Below are positions 28,729 to 38,692 of a DNA stretch of 54,045 nt, piece by piece. Position 1 is the stretch's first letter, and each line of letters begins with the position of its first letter. Source of the stretch: a virus (Duplodnaviria; Caudoviricetes); the IMG/VR virus record IMGVR_UViG_3300017971_000341, positions 1 to 54,045 of that record; one strand, given 5' to 3'. The position numbers were made by a program, and so were the translations under genes. Under the pieces are notes generated by a model that had not been told where the DNA came from, made no database searches, and saw only the letters and a program-made list of their open reading frames with translations.

Positions 28729-29168
28729 GAGGATCGTTTGTACTAACTCACGTCAAGAGGAGCGGGGAGAGAAAGAGGCACGTATTGGAGAATGCGGCTG
28801 TTGGTGAGGGGTTGCATGCAGCTCTTTCTCAGCTCTTGAGCAATGCTGGCAAGATGTATCTCGAGTTTGGGTTGATCGACGACGACGGATACACAGGGAT
28901 CAGCTACAACGACACTTACTCCAGTCACGCAGGCTGGACCGAGCAGGGGCAACGAGCAGAGTGGGATCCCGGGACCGCTACAGGGGGTGTGATTGCTTCT
29001 GACTCTCCGTCTTCCATGGTCTTGACCAGCGGATTGGATATCAAGGGGATTGCTGCATTCGAATTCAGTAACAATGTGCTCTGGTCTACTGCGGTTTTAG
29101 CGGATCCGATATCCGCCTCAGCAGGAGACACGATCAACATTGAGTACCAAGTGACATTTGGCCCATGA
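28725..29168 (+). CDS. Putative tail protein
   Basis: SHAGWTE, GDTINIEY motifs seen in phage tail proteins. Confidence 0.55.
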   Translation: MRGSFVLTHVKRSGERKRHVLENAAVGEGLHAALSQLLSNAGKMYLEFGLIDDDGYTGISYNDTYSSHAGWTEQGQRAEWDPGTATGGVIASDSPSSMVLTSGLDIKGIAAFEFSNNVLWSTAVLADPISASAGDTINIEYQVTFGP

Positions 29169-29686
29169 GTATAATCAATGCGACCGTTGTGAGGCAGGCA
29201 GAAGGGACATGGCTCTTCACGTGGGATCCTGGATCGTCTCCCTACTCTGTGTGGCTAGACGGAGAGCTGCTTGAAAGTGGATTGACAGACGAGGAGTACG
29301 AGTACACAGGGGCTGTCTACCCTGACGAGGCTCCTCCACTGGAGATCATAGAGAGCGGGGACACGGCAGAGAATGACGAATTCCCTCCGTATCTGCTCCT
29401 ACAGTGGTGGGGTCTCCAAGACGCCTCTGGCTACATGATAGAGCAGTATGTGAGTGGATCGTGGATTGAGGAAGTCCACATAATGGAGCGAGCGAGAGGG
29501 TACTACAGCTGGGCCACTGATCCTCTTGAGGACGGCAGCTCGCACCAATTCAGGATCACTGCAGTCGGCCTCTATGGGAATGAGGGGACCCCGGTGGCAT
29601 TCACCACTACGATCTGCAGGAATCCAGAGCCGCCAGATGTCGATATTGTGATATCTGGCGGGGACGTTGTGATCAGCGAGGCTTAG
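29165..29686 (+). CDS. Putative virion protein, FN3/Ig-like
   Basis: LQW..GY.IE..L.DG..HQFRITAV..GNEG pattern. Confidence 0.55.
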   Translation: MSIINATVVRQAEGTWLFTWDPGSSPYSVWLDGELLESGLTDEEYEYTGAVYPDEAPPLEIIESGDTAENDEFPPYLLLQWWGLQDASGYMIEQYVSGSWIEEVHIMERARGYYSWATDPLEDGSSHQFRITAVGLYGNEGTPVAFTTTICRNPEPPDVDIVISGGDVVISEA

Positions 29687-29688
29687 AC

Positions 29689-30462
29689 GTGGGTGATGTA
29701 GGGAGACAGATTGATGCCTTGGGAATCCTCCTCACAGGAGGAGCGACCAACGCAAATCCGGACTCCAGTCTAGGAGGAGCTGTCTCGTCCACTAGGGTTC
29801 GTGGACTCGGTCACATTGTCTCCAATCAAGTACCGTCGATCAGAATAGACAACGTGTTCCCAGCGTGCGGCGAGGGAGATGCTGCACTGGCCGTCGATTC
29901 CAGTGACGATCTAGTGTTCACAGAGCCTAGTGGATCTGCAGGTACCCCTGTCACGATTGCGGAGGGCGAGTCCAAGATCGTAGTAGGATCAGATATTAAT
30001 AAAGCGGTCCGGGTGTACCGTGAGGCTGGATTGGTCCACTACGGTGATTCTGATCTAGAGTTACTCGAGGCTCTCAACGGTGTATTGGCTATGTCCAATG
30101 TCTCTAATGCGCAGAGGGTGGCAGGAGTCACGACCTACCGCGCTCTCATGTTCTATGCGCAGGGAGACTATGGTGTGTTGGACATTCGGCTCTGGATGCC
30201 TGCTGTGGGTGGTGCTCAGGCTACGTTCTCTTTGGGTCTTGAGACTCCTTCTGGTGGTGCAATCCAATCAATCCCAAACGAGACGACAGCTCCTACTGCT
30301 GTCAGCTTCTCGACCCCAGTCAATGAGGGATCCGCTCTGACGATTCCTGTGATCCACCCGGGTGGTTACATGGGTCTCTGGATTCGCAGAGTCTTTCCCG
30401 CCGCTGGGACTATGAATCGGAGAGAGGATTTCCAACTGGCCATGAAATACAAAGGAGCGTGA
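29689..30462 (+). CDS. Putative virion structural protein
   Basis: NPDSSLGG, YRAL, GLWIRRV motifs. Confidence 0.55.
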   Translation: MGDVGRQIDALGILLTGGATNANPDSSLGGAVSSTRVRGLGHIVSNQVPSIRIDNVFPACGEGDAALAVDSSDDLVFTEPSGSAGTPVTIAEGESKIVVGSDINKAVRVYREAGLVHYGDSDLELLEALNGVLAMSNVSNAQRVAGVTTYRALMFYAQGDYGVLDIRLWMPAVGGAQATFSLGLETPSGGAIQSIPNETTAPTAVSFSTPVNEGSALTIPVIHPGGYMGLWIRRVFPAAGTMNRREDFQLAMKYKGA

Positions 30463-30465
30463 CCT

Positions 30466-30912
30466 ATGGCAGGAATACGAGCCGTTGCGCAAACAGCAGA
30501 GGTGGCGACTGGGACCGCAAAGAAGACCATTCTGCAGCTTGTGGCTGCCTCCAATCATAGAGTGTTGGTGAAGGAGTTCTCGGTCTCATTCGACGGGGTA
30601 GATAACACTGCAGAGCCGATTCTTGTGCAGCTGTTGATCCAATCTGACGCTGGAACTATGTCCTCCCTGACCCCGCAAAAGCTGAATCAGGGGGACGACG
30701 AGACCCTGCAAACCACAGCACAACACACAGCTACCGCAGAGCCGACGGGAACTACAGAGATCATGGGTGAACAAGTCCACCCTCAGGGAGGGTATACCTG
30801 GCAGGCTCCCTATGGTGGAGAGATCGTGATAAATGGTGGGGACCGATTGGGGTTGGTGACCACGGCTGCGGTCGACGTCAACGCAAAGGCTCGATTTGTA
30901 TTCGAGGAATAG
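30466..30912 (+). CDS. Putative virion structural protein
   Basis: AAGGAG RBS; beta-rich; ends in FEE. Confidence 0.55.
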   Translation: MAGIRAVAQTAEVATGTAKKTILQLVAASNHRVLVKEFSVSFDGVDNTAEPILVQLLIQSDAGTMSSLTPQKLNQGDDETLQTTAQHTATAEPTGTTEIMGEQVHPQGGYTWQAPYGGEIVINGGDRLGLVTTAAVDVNAKARFVFEE

Positions 30913-30915
30913 CCC

Positions 30916-31542
30916 ATGAGTCTAGTTGCTGATCGTGTCAAGGAGACAAGCACCACCACAGGAACAGGCACCTATGATTTGGACGGAGCGGTAACTGGAT
31001 TCCAGGGATTTGTAGCTGGGATTGGTGACGGCAATCCATGCTACTACTGTGTGGAGGACGGCACTGATTGGGAGGTGGGAATCGGTACCGTCACAGACGC
31101 GACCCCTGACACTCTCTCGAGAGACACGATCCTAGCGTCGTCGAATGGGGACGCTGCGGTGAATTGGGGATCGGGAGCTAAACGTGTATTCGTCACGATC
31201 CCTGCAGATCAGGCTGTCTCAGGCAGACCACAGACTAGTCACGCTGCCAATTTCGACATTAAGGATTCAGGCTACCACGACAACATAGGGGCTGGTGGGA
31301 CAATCACAGGGACATTCGCAGACGAGTCTGGGATTGAGGCTGTGGTGGCACGAGTAGACGACTATGAGGTTCGGATTCTCCCACCGAGTGGCAAGCAGAT
31401 CCTTTGGTCTGGTGGTCGTATGGCTGTGGACGAGTACCTGGCGATCGTATCGGAGGTGGGTGTTTTGAATTGCATTGTGAATCCTGCTGGAGACGTGCAA
31501 GTGATCTCCGAATTCGGGGACATACAGGAGCAGACTCCATGA
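30916..31542 (+). CDS. Tail fibre-associated protein
   Basis: ADRVKETSTTTGTG..WEVGIG..LSRDTILASSN N-terminal module common in phage fibre genes. Confidence 0.7.
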   Translation: MSLVADRVKETSTTTGTGTYDLDGAVTGFQGFVAGIGDGNPCYYCVEDGTDWEVGIGTVTDATPDTLSRDTILASSNGDAAVNWGSGAKRVFVTIPADQAVSGRPQTSHAANFDIKDSGYHDNIGAGGTITGTFADESGIEAVVARVDDYEVRILPPSGKQILWSGGRMAVDEYLAIVSEVGVLNCIVNPAGDVQVISEFGDIQEQTP

Positions 31543-33551
31543 GTGCTAGCGACAAGAGATCTCTTGGAGTGTTTGGGTTGTTTGTGATCCTGGCCATGCT
31601 ATTGGTTTCATTTGCCCTCGCTGGAGAAAAGACAATCCGCGCGGGCTATGTCGAGGGTAGGGCAACTCCGTCTGGTGTGTCTGACACTTCTGGTGGGACT
31701 CTCACCCTCTCTGGTGGGCAGGGGAGAGGGAATGCAGATCCTTCCATGGTCGTGCTGAGAGTGCCCACCAGACAAGCATCTGGTGGCACTCTCCAATCAT
31801 TGACAGACATAATCACTATGGGAGTTGATCAGGGCGTTTCGATCATAGCGTCAGCCTCGATCAGCGATACTCTCACCGTAGGAGGCACGTCGACTCTCAC
31901 CGGTCAAGCAACATTCACCGCTGGTTTGATTGATTCGACGCTCACAGCGGGGCGTGTCCCTTACGCGGACACCGACTCGAGCCTGACCGACGCGTCTACG
32001 TTCACATTCGACGGCACCAATCTTAGTGTTGTCGGCGCTGGCATCAACTCAGAAATCTTCGGGGCTAGTGCTGCGGCTGCTGGCACAGAGTCGTTTGCCG
32101 CAGGTAACTCTGCGAGTGCTGCCGGACAAGACGCGACAGCTGTAGGTCAGGGCAGCAACGCCTCTGCACAGCAGGCTACCTGCATGGGCCAAGATAGCGC
32201 AGCGTCAAATACTGGCGCCACGTCCTACGGAGAGACAGCCAGTGCCTCGGGTTCACAGTCGACAGCTATAGGCCAAGCTTCGACCGCCAGCGCAAACCGT
32301 GCGGTGGCCTTGGGCCGATATGCCAGAGCCACCACCGGAGCGGGCGCTACGGCATTAGGGGCCACTTCTTGTGCTTCTGCGACAGACGCGATAGCAATCG
32401 GGGAATCTGCCGATGCGCTGTACACCGGAGCGATCGCGCTGGGAGCAGACTGCCAAACTGATGCAAATTATCAGTTTGCTGTGAACAACGTAACTGACAT
32501 GGTTGTTGGTCGTGGCTGTTCAGGTGCGGAGCCTTGGGCGCTCACCATGCGCGTTACGCCTGCTGACAACACAAATACGGATCAAGCAGGTGGGTCCTGG
32601 ACTCTGATCAGCGGGGCAGGGACCGGAGACGGTACTGCTTCGCAGTTCTTGTTTCAGACGCCTAATCTAGTCGGGTCAGGTACAGCTTCTCAGACTGTTT
32701 CAACTCGCCTGACGATTGACGCAACCGGTATAGACGTCGAAGGCAACGCTGTACTTGATCGCCTCGAGTGGTTTGAGGTGTCTACCGCTGGGGTTGGCGC
32801 TCCCAATGTGCTTGTCGACGAGTCCAGCAAAGTGATCATTAACACCGGAGCCACGGCAGAAGCTTACAACACGCTCCCCAGCGCGGCGGCTGGATTGATC
32901 TACGCATTCGTCTGCAACGACGACGACGGCATACGCGTTACTGCTGCGGCGGGAGACACGATTAGATTGGGGGATTCTGAAACAGCAGCGGCGGGTTATA
33001 TCGCCTGTGTCAACACGGGCTCCACGGTGCACCTACTTGCGATCGACAGTGACACATGGTTTGCGATCGGGAGTGGGGACAACTTCACACATTGGTCTGT
33101 AGACGGATCACATTCTGGTTACGGGGCTGCGGCTCAAACTTACATATCTGCAAGCGCCAGCATTGACGCCTCGGGAGGAGATACGGTCGTAGGTGGTACG
33201 TGGTCTCTCTCTGACGCGTCTTGTGGATTCACGAACGACAACGGCACGCTCACGTACACTGGTGTAGCTGACGGTTGTTTTCTTGTGAATATGTCAGTGA
33301 GCGCCGATATCGACGGAGCAGGAGACGCCGGTCAGTACGACTTCAAAGTCTTCCATAATGGCACGGAACTGACGGGGTCTAAGGCAATTCAATACTACAC
33401 GGCTGCTGCGCAGTCTCACCCGGCCAGCGTTTCGATATTCGTCGAGCTGTCTACTGACGACACGTTGCGGGCATATGTTGATGGGAGCGCAGCAGGAACC
33501 GGGAATATTACTGTCACCACGGCTTGTTTGGCTGTGTCAGCACTAGAGTGA
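31539..33551 (+). CDS. YadA-head-like repeat adhesin/fibre protein with an apparent signal peptide
   Basis: 14-aa A(V/I/L)G..A.A repeats; N-terminus KRSLGVFGLFVILAMLLVSFALA; ATG at 31539 with AGGAG RBS. Confidence 0.75.
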   Translation: MSASDKRSLGVFGLFVILAMLLVSFALAGEKTIRAGYVEGRATPSGVSDTSGGTLTLSGGQGRGNADPSMVVLRVPTRQASGGTLQSLTDIITMGVDQGVSIIASASISDTLTVGGTSTLTGQATFTAGLIDSTLTAGRVPYADTDSSLTDASTFTFDGTNLSVVGAGINSEIFGASAAAAGTESFAAGNSASAAGQDATAVGQGSNASAQQATCMGQDSAASNTGATSYGETASASGSQSTAIGQASTASANRAVALGRYARATTGAGATALGATSCASATDAIAIGESADALYTGAIALGADCQTDANYQFAVNNVTDMVVGRGCSGAEPWALTMRVTPADNTNTDQAGGSWTLISGAGTGDGTASQFLFQTPNLVGSGTASQTVSTRLTIDATGIDVEGNAVLDRLEWFEVSTAGVGAPNVLVDESSKVIINTGATAEAYNTLPSAAAGLIYAFVCNDDDGIRVTAAAGDTIRLGDSETAAAGYIACVNTGSTVHLLAIDSDTWFAIGSGDNFTHWSVDGSHSGYGAAAQTYISASASIDASGGDTVVGGTWSLSDASCGFTNDNGTLTYTGVADGCFLVNMSVSADIDGAGDAGQYDFKVFHNGTELTGSKAIQYYTAAAQSHPASVSIFVELSTDDTLRAYVDGSAAGTGNITVTTACLAVSALE

Positions 33552-33561
33552 GAGAGGAATC

Positions 33562-33831
33562 ATGTCTGAATCGGGGAAAGCTAGCAATCTTCAGGCGGCT
33601 CTCATGATCGCTGGTTTCGTGATCCTGTTTGTCATGGCAGCGGGGGCTTTGTATAGAGCGAATCCAAAACCGCTCCACGCTCCGGCTTCCACGCCAGTTC
33701 CTCAATTGATGCCGACTACAGAGATCGCTGAAGGTATCCACAATCTGCGAGTGCAGGGTGGGTGGGTCGTATTCTCGGACCGCTGGGGTGTGTTCGTTCC
33801 TTCTCAAATCGCACCAGTACAGACGAGGTGA
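33562..33831 (+). CDS. Small membrane protein
   Basis: One TM helix. Confidence 0.55.
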   Translation: MSESGKASNLQAALMIAGFVILFVMAAGALYRANPKPLHAPASTPVPQLMPTTEIAEGIHNLRVQGGWVVFSDRWGVFVPSQIAPVQTR

Positions 33832-33834
33832 ATC

Positions 33835-34098
33835 ATGATCGTAGAAGTTTCCAGTTTGAGTGCCGATAAGCAAGACGCCATTCAAGAGTTGTCAGACAAG
33901 ATCCGAATGTGGGACGGAGTAGCGAGGGACTTGACTCGGGCGCAGGATCAGTTGACCGAGGTTCAAGCACGCGCTGCTGCCGCGCGTGCTGGCATTGAGA
34001 GTGTTCTTGCATTCTTCGGGATCACCACTGGCTCCGTCACGTCGTTCTCTGCGACGTTCAGCGGCGAAACTGTTTTGGAGATTCGAATCAACGAGTGA
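33835..34098 (+). CDS. Hypothetical coiled-coil protein
   Basis: GAGGTG RBS. Confidence 0.55.
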   Translation: MIVEVSSLSADKQDAIQELSDKIRMWDGVARDLTRAQDQLTEVQARAAAARAGIESVLAFFGITTGSVTSFSATFSGETVLEIRINE

Positions 34099-34112
34099 CA
34101 ACAGGCTGATTC

Positions 34113-34946
34113 ATGCTTGGGCACAGTGCGATTTCCGAGACTCCGATTTCAGCTCTCCCTATTGTGGGGTCGGTTCTGCCGTCGTTCCGCCGCAGGGTCC
34201 TTGGGAGTCGCACTGTACACCCCAGCATGTATCACGGGGGCAGTGGAGTCATTAGATCTGGAGGCAAGCCACCTCCATGGGTCGAATTCTCACAGACGTA
34301 TCAGCAAGGATTCAGGATAGCGGATAGCGCATACGATCTATATGAGTTGTATGTGGGAGAGGACGCTACAGTTGATTTCGACGCCAGCGGTCAGCCAGTG
34401 CAGACGTCCTCTTCCCTGCCGTTCTCTTGGACTCCTACTCCTCCGGGATCGGGATCCAAGACACTGCACATAGTAGTGCGGAAACGGAATGCATACAATC
34501 TTGTCTCCCTCAACGTGTACGAGACAATCAAGGTTATCAATGCTCTGTCTGCAGAGGTCCCTGGACCTGTGAGCGATCCATACGACGTGGCCGTCTATGA
34601 CGGAGACTTGGGCTACGTCCAGGTAATGGCTAAGTACTGCTCGACTGAGGACGGTAGTTATCCAGCTGACACGTGGGAGATCTACGTCAAGGAGGGTGCT
34701 GATCCAGTAGCAGGAGTAGATACTCCAGACTACGACGAATCCATGGTGTTCTTGGGGCACGAATCAGGAGTGTCCCAAGCGATAGGACCATTCACCCCTG
34801 GTGCTGTAGTTCATGTGCTGGTGGTCGCTAAGAGGTCGTCAGATTCCGAGAGGGGTGAAGCTTCGATCGAATTACACACCCTTGCCATTTCTCTAGATCT
34901 GGACGAGGGACTCATGTTTGGGGGTGGGATGCATGAGCAGAGATAA
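34113..34946 (+). CDS. Putative virion protein
   Basis: MLGHSAISETPIS N-terminus, usually found near fibre genes. Confidence 0.55.
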   Translation: MLGHSAISETPISALPIVGSVLPSFRRRVLGSRTVHPSMYHGGSGVIRSGGKPPPWVEFSQTYQQGFRIADSAYDLYELYVGEDATVDFDASGQPVQTSSSLPFSWTPTPPGSGSKTLHIVVRKRNAYNLVSLNVYETIKVINALSAEVPGPVSDPYDVAVYDGDLGYVQVMAKYCSTEDGSYPADTWEIYVKEGADPVAGVDTPDYDESMVFLGHESGVSQAIGPFTPGAVVHVLVVAKRSSDSERGEASIELHTLAISLDLDEGLMFGGGMHEQR

Positions 34947-35598
34947 GATCGAGTGGTCTTGGATTCCAGACAGCACTGATTGGCCAATCACTGTATCCTA
35001 CTTCACCAATGCGTTCTACCAGCGGGATGCGTTCGAGTTGGCTCGGTCTTGTCGCATGTTCCAATTGCCTTACTTGATCCAAGAGGTCCCAGATCTTGGT
35101 GGCTGGAGGGAGAACACCAATCACAAACCAACGTGGCTGATGCAAATCCATGAGAGGTTGCCAGACAGACCAATTGTGTGGCTAGATGCAGATGGTAGAT
35201 TTCGTCAGCTCCCTAGCCTTCTCCTAATCTTGCACGAGGGAATTGCATACCACACGTGGGCCGGTCGCAAGCCTGCGTCCGGTACTGTGTGGTTTGGATC
35301 TAATGGGCGTTTGGATTTACTTGAGGAGTGGGAGAGGGAGGTTCGACAGTACCCGAAGGACACAGACCAAGTCTGTCTTGGACGAGTGGTAGACCACCTC
35401 GAGATTCCGCATACGGAGCTGCCAGAGTCCTACTGCTGGGTGTTTGACGTGGAGGGGTGTGACCTAGCGATCCTCCCTGTGGTCGAGCACATGCAAGCGT
35501 CTCGCTGGACTCATAGGAGAGTCCCAGCAATCCGATCCAGCAGGCTAAATAGAGATCCCGTGCCAAAAGGGAAGAACAAACACAGGAGGAATGGCTAG
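34933..35598 (+). CDS. GT-A fold glycosyltransferase (nucleotide-diphospho-sugar transferase-like)
   Basis: HKP..IVWLDAD (DxD), ASG, DQ..L, LP..YC, VEH.QAS. Confidence 0.75.
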   Translation: MSRDKIEWSWIPDSTDWPITVSYFTNAFYQRDAFELARSCRMFQLPYLIQEVPDLGGWRENTNHKPTWLMQIHERLPDRPIVWLDADGRFRQLPSLLLILHEGIAYHTWAGRKPASGTVWFGSNGRLDLLEEWEREVRQYPKDTDQVCLGRVVDHLEIPHTELPESYCWVFDVEGCDLAILPVVEHMQASRWTHRRVPAIRSSRLNRDPVPKGKNKHRRNG

Positions 35599-36155
35599 TG
35601 GGACGTCAAAAGACGAGCAGACGCCAGGAATGGCGAATGTCAATGCAGCAGTGGCTCTTGTGTCTGTTGGGAATCAAAGACGACGGGCCTTTGGTTCTGG
35701 ATCTCGGCACAGAGTATGGGCACACAGGAGAGTCCATTCGTGGATTCCTCCCGTCCTCGCACATTGTGGGGGTCGAGGTTCACGAGCCCACTCTGCAGGC
35801 TTGCCGAGAGGATCGAGGGCACGTCTACAACAATCTCGTTCTGTGTGACGCCTTGAAATTTCTCAGAAAGACAGAGCGCAAGTGGGATGCAATCATTGCG
35901 GCTGAATTGATCGAGCATCTAACCAAGGAGGACGGGAAGCGTTTGTGCACTCTCGTGACGAAGAGATCAAAAGCAGCGATCCTCACGTCTCCAATTGGAT
36001 TCGCTCCTCAGGGACAGATCGAGAACAATCCACACCAAGAGCACATATCGGGGTGGGTTCCCGAGGAGCTTGAGAAGTTAGGATTCAAGTCATTTGCTCA
36101 AGTCTATTTCGGGTACACGTTAGGTGTCTACTACTGGAGCGAGAAACCAATATGA
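35598..36155 (+). CDS. Class I SAM-dependent methyltransferase
   Basis: VLDLGTEYG, VGVE, DA, ELIEHL.K, H.SGW. Confidence 0.8.
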   Translation: MGRQKTSRRQEWRMSMQQWLLCLLGIKDDGPLVLDLGTEYGHTGESIRGFLPSSHIVGVEVHEPTLQACREDRGHVYNNLVLCDALKFLRKTERKWDAIIAAELIEHLTKEDGKRLCTLVTKRSKAAILTSPIGFAPQGQIENNPHQEHISGWVPEELEKLGFKSFAQVYFGYTLGVYYWSEKPI

Positions 36156-36892
36156 CCAGGATCGCAGCAGGATTCCACGTCCGAGACGACGATTGGATCC
36201 TCCCTCGCAAGCTAGACGCTCTTCGATTTTGTGATCGTGTTGTGGTTTTGATCGACGACAGATCTCCAGTAGCACCCACAGCCAAGATCTGCCAAGCCTA
36301 TCCCAACGTGATCACCAGGGTTCACAAAAACACGCAGGACCTTCCGGACCTAGGACCAGACGGACCGATTTGTGAGGAAGGTAGAATGCGTCAAGAGACG
36401 TGGGATCTCTTGGCAGAGAGCAATCCAGATTGGGTGATTCTAGGGGACGCCGACGAGATCCCTACTCCAGACGTGGTGGAATTCCTGGCCGATCCTCCAG
36501 ACGTCGACTTGGTGTATCTAGACGTTGTCCAACTCTATCAGAGCAGTCGCCACTACATTGGTGGTCCTGATTGTTTGTGGTCTCATGAGCACCCAGGATC
36601 GAACAAAAAAGGAGCCTTGATCCACTTCGATCCTGCTGTGCACAGGGACGGGGGCTATCGGTATGACGAGCGTATGCAGAGGCACTGCAGACTAGAGCCC
36701 AGTCCAACGCACAAAGCAAGAGCTGTTGTGAATCCACGGCGCATTCATGTTGATCAACCAAAACTGATTCACTGGAAGTGGGTCAACTGGGATCGCTGGC
36801 AAGGATCATTCCAAGCTGAGCTGCCAAAGTACCAGAGGCTGTGGGAGGGAATGACACTGAAGAATACCCCGGAGGATTGGTTGTGGGACTGA
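36152..36892 (+). CDS. Glycosyltransferase family 2-like
   Basis: VRDD..L, DRVVVLIDDRS, DWVILGDADE. Confidence 0.75.
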   Translation: MTRIAAGFHVRDDDWILPRKLDALRFCDRVVVLIDDRSPVAPTAKICQAYPNVITRVHKNTQDLPDLGPDGPICEEGRMRQETWDLLAESNPDWVILGDADEIPTPDVVEFLADPPDVDLVYLDVVQLYQSSRHYIGGPDCLWSHEHPGSNKKGALIHFDPAVHRDGGYRYDERMQRHCRLEPSPTHKARAVVNPRRIHVDQPKLIHWKWVNWDRWQGSFQAELPKYQRLWEGMTLKNTPEDWLWD

Positions 36893-38022
36893 TCTCGTTC
36901 CTTCACGTACCGAGGACTGGAGGCTGGTCTGTTGCTCGTGGTGTAGTTTCTGCGCTGGGAGAGGAGCGAGCGGTCCATGTGACGACTTGGAAGGAGGGAA
37001 ATCTCTCCGTCTACAGGCGTGTGGGCGAGGACCCTAGGATTCTTTGGGTTGGTGGTCACTACTCGTGGGGAGAATTTGGCAGACCCACACGGTGGGTGAC
37101 AGTACTTCGGGATCCTGTTGACCGCGTGCTGAGTTGCTACTCCTATTATCGATCCCGTACTCCCGAATTGTCTATCGGGAGAGCTGCTCAGATCATGCCA
37201 ATTCAAGACTGGGTCAGGGTGAGATGGCCCCAGATTACCAATGTGGTGACCTCCATGCTGAGTGGTGGGTCTGGAGATCTGCAAACAGCTCTAAGGAATC
37301 TAGAGGCGTGTGAGTTGGTAGGAACCACACCAGAGCTTGGGAATTTCATGGAGTCTCTTGGATCCATGCTTGGTGTGGAGATCGAGCAGACCCACGCCAA
37401 CCATGCTCCTGGGATCAGGAGAGAGCGAGCGGAACCAGAGTTAGTGGATTTAATAGAGGGAATCAATCAAGACGATATGGAACTGTGGAGATTTCTGGAA
37501 GGGCGGAAAATGCGAGACGAGAGGACGTGGAAAGACATTCGTGGCCACTTTGATTTTGCTGATCTCTACGACCGGATAGTGCACGAGGCAAGGAATGGGG
37601 ACGTCTTTGTAGAGCTGGGGGCTTGGTTGGGGAAGTCTCTAGCGTACTTTGCGCAGCGAGTGAAGGAGAGCGGAAAGCAGATCACAATCTACGGTGTCGA
37701 CACGTTCCAGTGGTCCTCCAGAGAGGAGCTAGAGTCGAATCTTCGGAGCTGTGGTGTCCTCCACATGGTGCATGTTGTTCAGTCAGACTCGGCGGAATTT
37801 GCTGCAAGATTCTCTGACGGTATGATCGACTTTGCGTTTATTGACGCTGATCATTCCTACGAGGCTGTACGTCGTGACATTCTAGCGTGGTTGCCTAAAA
37901 TGCGAGACGGAGGAACTCTAGCAGGACATGACCGACAGAGAGAGAGCGTGCACACAGCTGTACACGAGATCTTTGGTCGCGTGAATCCTTATGGTCCCTC
38001 CTCCTGGGTGGAGGTCCTCTAG
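36883..38022 (+). CDS. Sulfotransferase plus class I methyltransferase fusion
   Basis: N-terminus: FLHVPRTGG (5'-PSB), LRDPVDRVLSCY (3'-PB), N..D..L. C-terminus: VELGAWLGKS, FIDADHSYE, GGTLAGHD. Confidence 0.82.
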   Translation: MGLISFLHVPRTGGWSVARGVVSALGEERAVHVTTWKEGNLSVYRRVGEDPRILWVGGHYSWGEFGRPTRWVTVLRDPVDRVLSCYSYYRSRTPELSIGRAAQIMPIQDWVRVRWPQITNVVTSMLSGGSGDLQTALRNLEACELVGTTPELGNFMESLGSMLGVEIEQTHANHAPGIRRERAEPELVDLIEGINQDDMELWRFLEGRKMRDERTWKDIRGHFDFADLYDRIVHEARNGDVFVELGAWLGKSLAYFAQRVKESGKQITIYGVDTFQWSSREELESNLRSCGVLHMVHVVQSDSAEFAARFSDGMIDFAFIDADHSYEAVRRDILAWLPKMRDGGTLAGHDRQRESVHTAVHEIFGRVNPYGPSSWVEVL

Positions 38023-38023
38023 T

Positions 38024-38692
38024 ATGGCTCTGATTGTCTGCTCTCAGCCAAAGGCTGGGACTTACTTCTTGGCTCCTCTACTGGCTGAATTGGGAATCCC
38101 ATGGAGCAGGATTCATGTGACTCCCACTGGGTACATAGACCATTCCAAATCCACGCCTCAGGAGATTCGAGCTGGAGGAACCCTTGAACTGTGTCCTCTT
38201 GGCAAGACACTGCAGAAGCTAGGGCAGAGAGTGGCACAGGGTCATTTGGGTCCATGCGAGGACCTACTGCGCCACAAGGTGGTGGTGATTGTCCGCAATG
38301 GCCGATCTAGATTGCGGTCCCGAATTCAGATGGCAGGGGTTGGTGCGTTTCGGTTTCTTGAATCTCCCAGCGCTGATTTGTTCGTCCAGCAGTCCAAAGC
38401 AGTAGCAGAGTGGTGGACGTCAGATCACCCAGTAGCTAGATTCAAATTCGAGGACATGTTGCCTGCTATGACCCTCCATGTCCTTGACGATCTAGCTATG
38501 ATCACGGGTCGGTCGCTAAAGGACGTCATGGCTGCATACCACAATGTGGTTGGGAAAGACTACGGAACTCTGAATCCTGATCAGTCCCACCACGGGGTGC
38601 TCCAGCCCACCACCGAATTGTGGTATCAAAAGCATCTAGCAGAGCTGGATCGATTCTTGGGTTACTCTCCTGAGGCTGGGAGACTGGTGTGA
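38024..38692 (+). CDS. Sulfotransferase-like protein
   Basis: CSQPKAGT (5'-PSB-like), IVRNGR..L.S, FKFEDM, C-terminal LGY. Confidence 0.65.
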   Translation: MALIVCSQPKAGTYFLAPLLAELGIPWSRIHVTPTGYIDHSKSTPQEIRAGGTLELCPLGKTLQKLGQRVAQGHLGPCEDLLRHKVVVIVRNGRSRLRSRIQMAGVGAFRFLESPSADLFVQQSKAVAEWWTSDHPVARFKFEDMLPAMTLHVLDDLAMITGRSLKDVMAAYHNVVGKDYGTLNPDQSHHGVLQPTTELWYQKHLAELDRFLGYSPEAGRLV

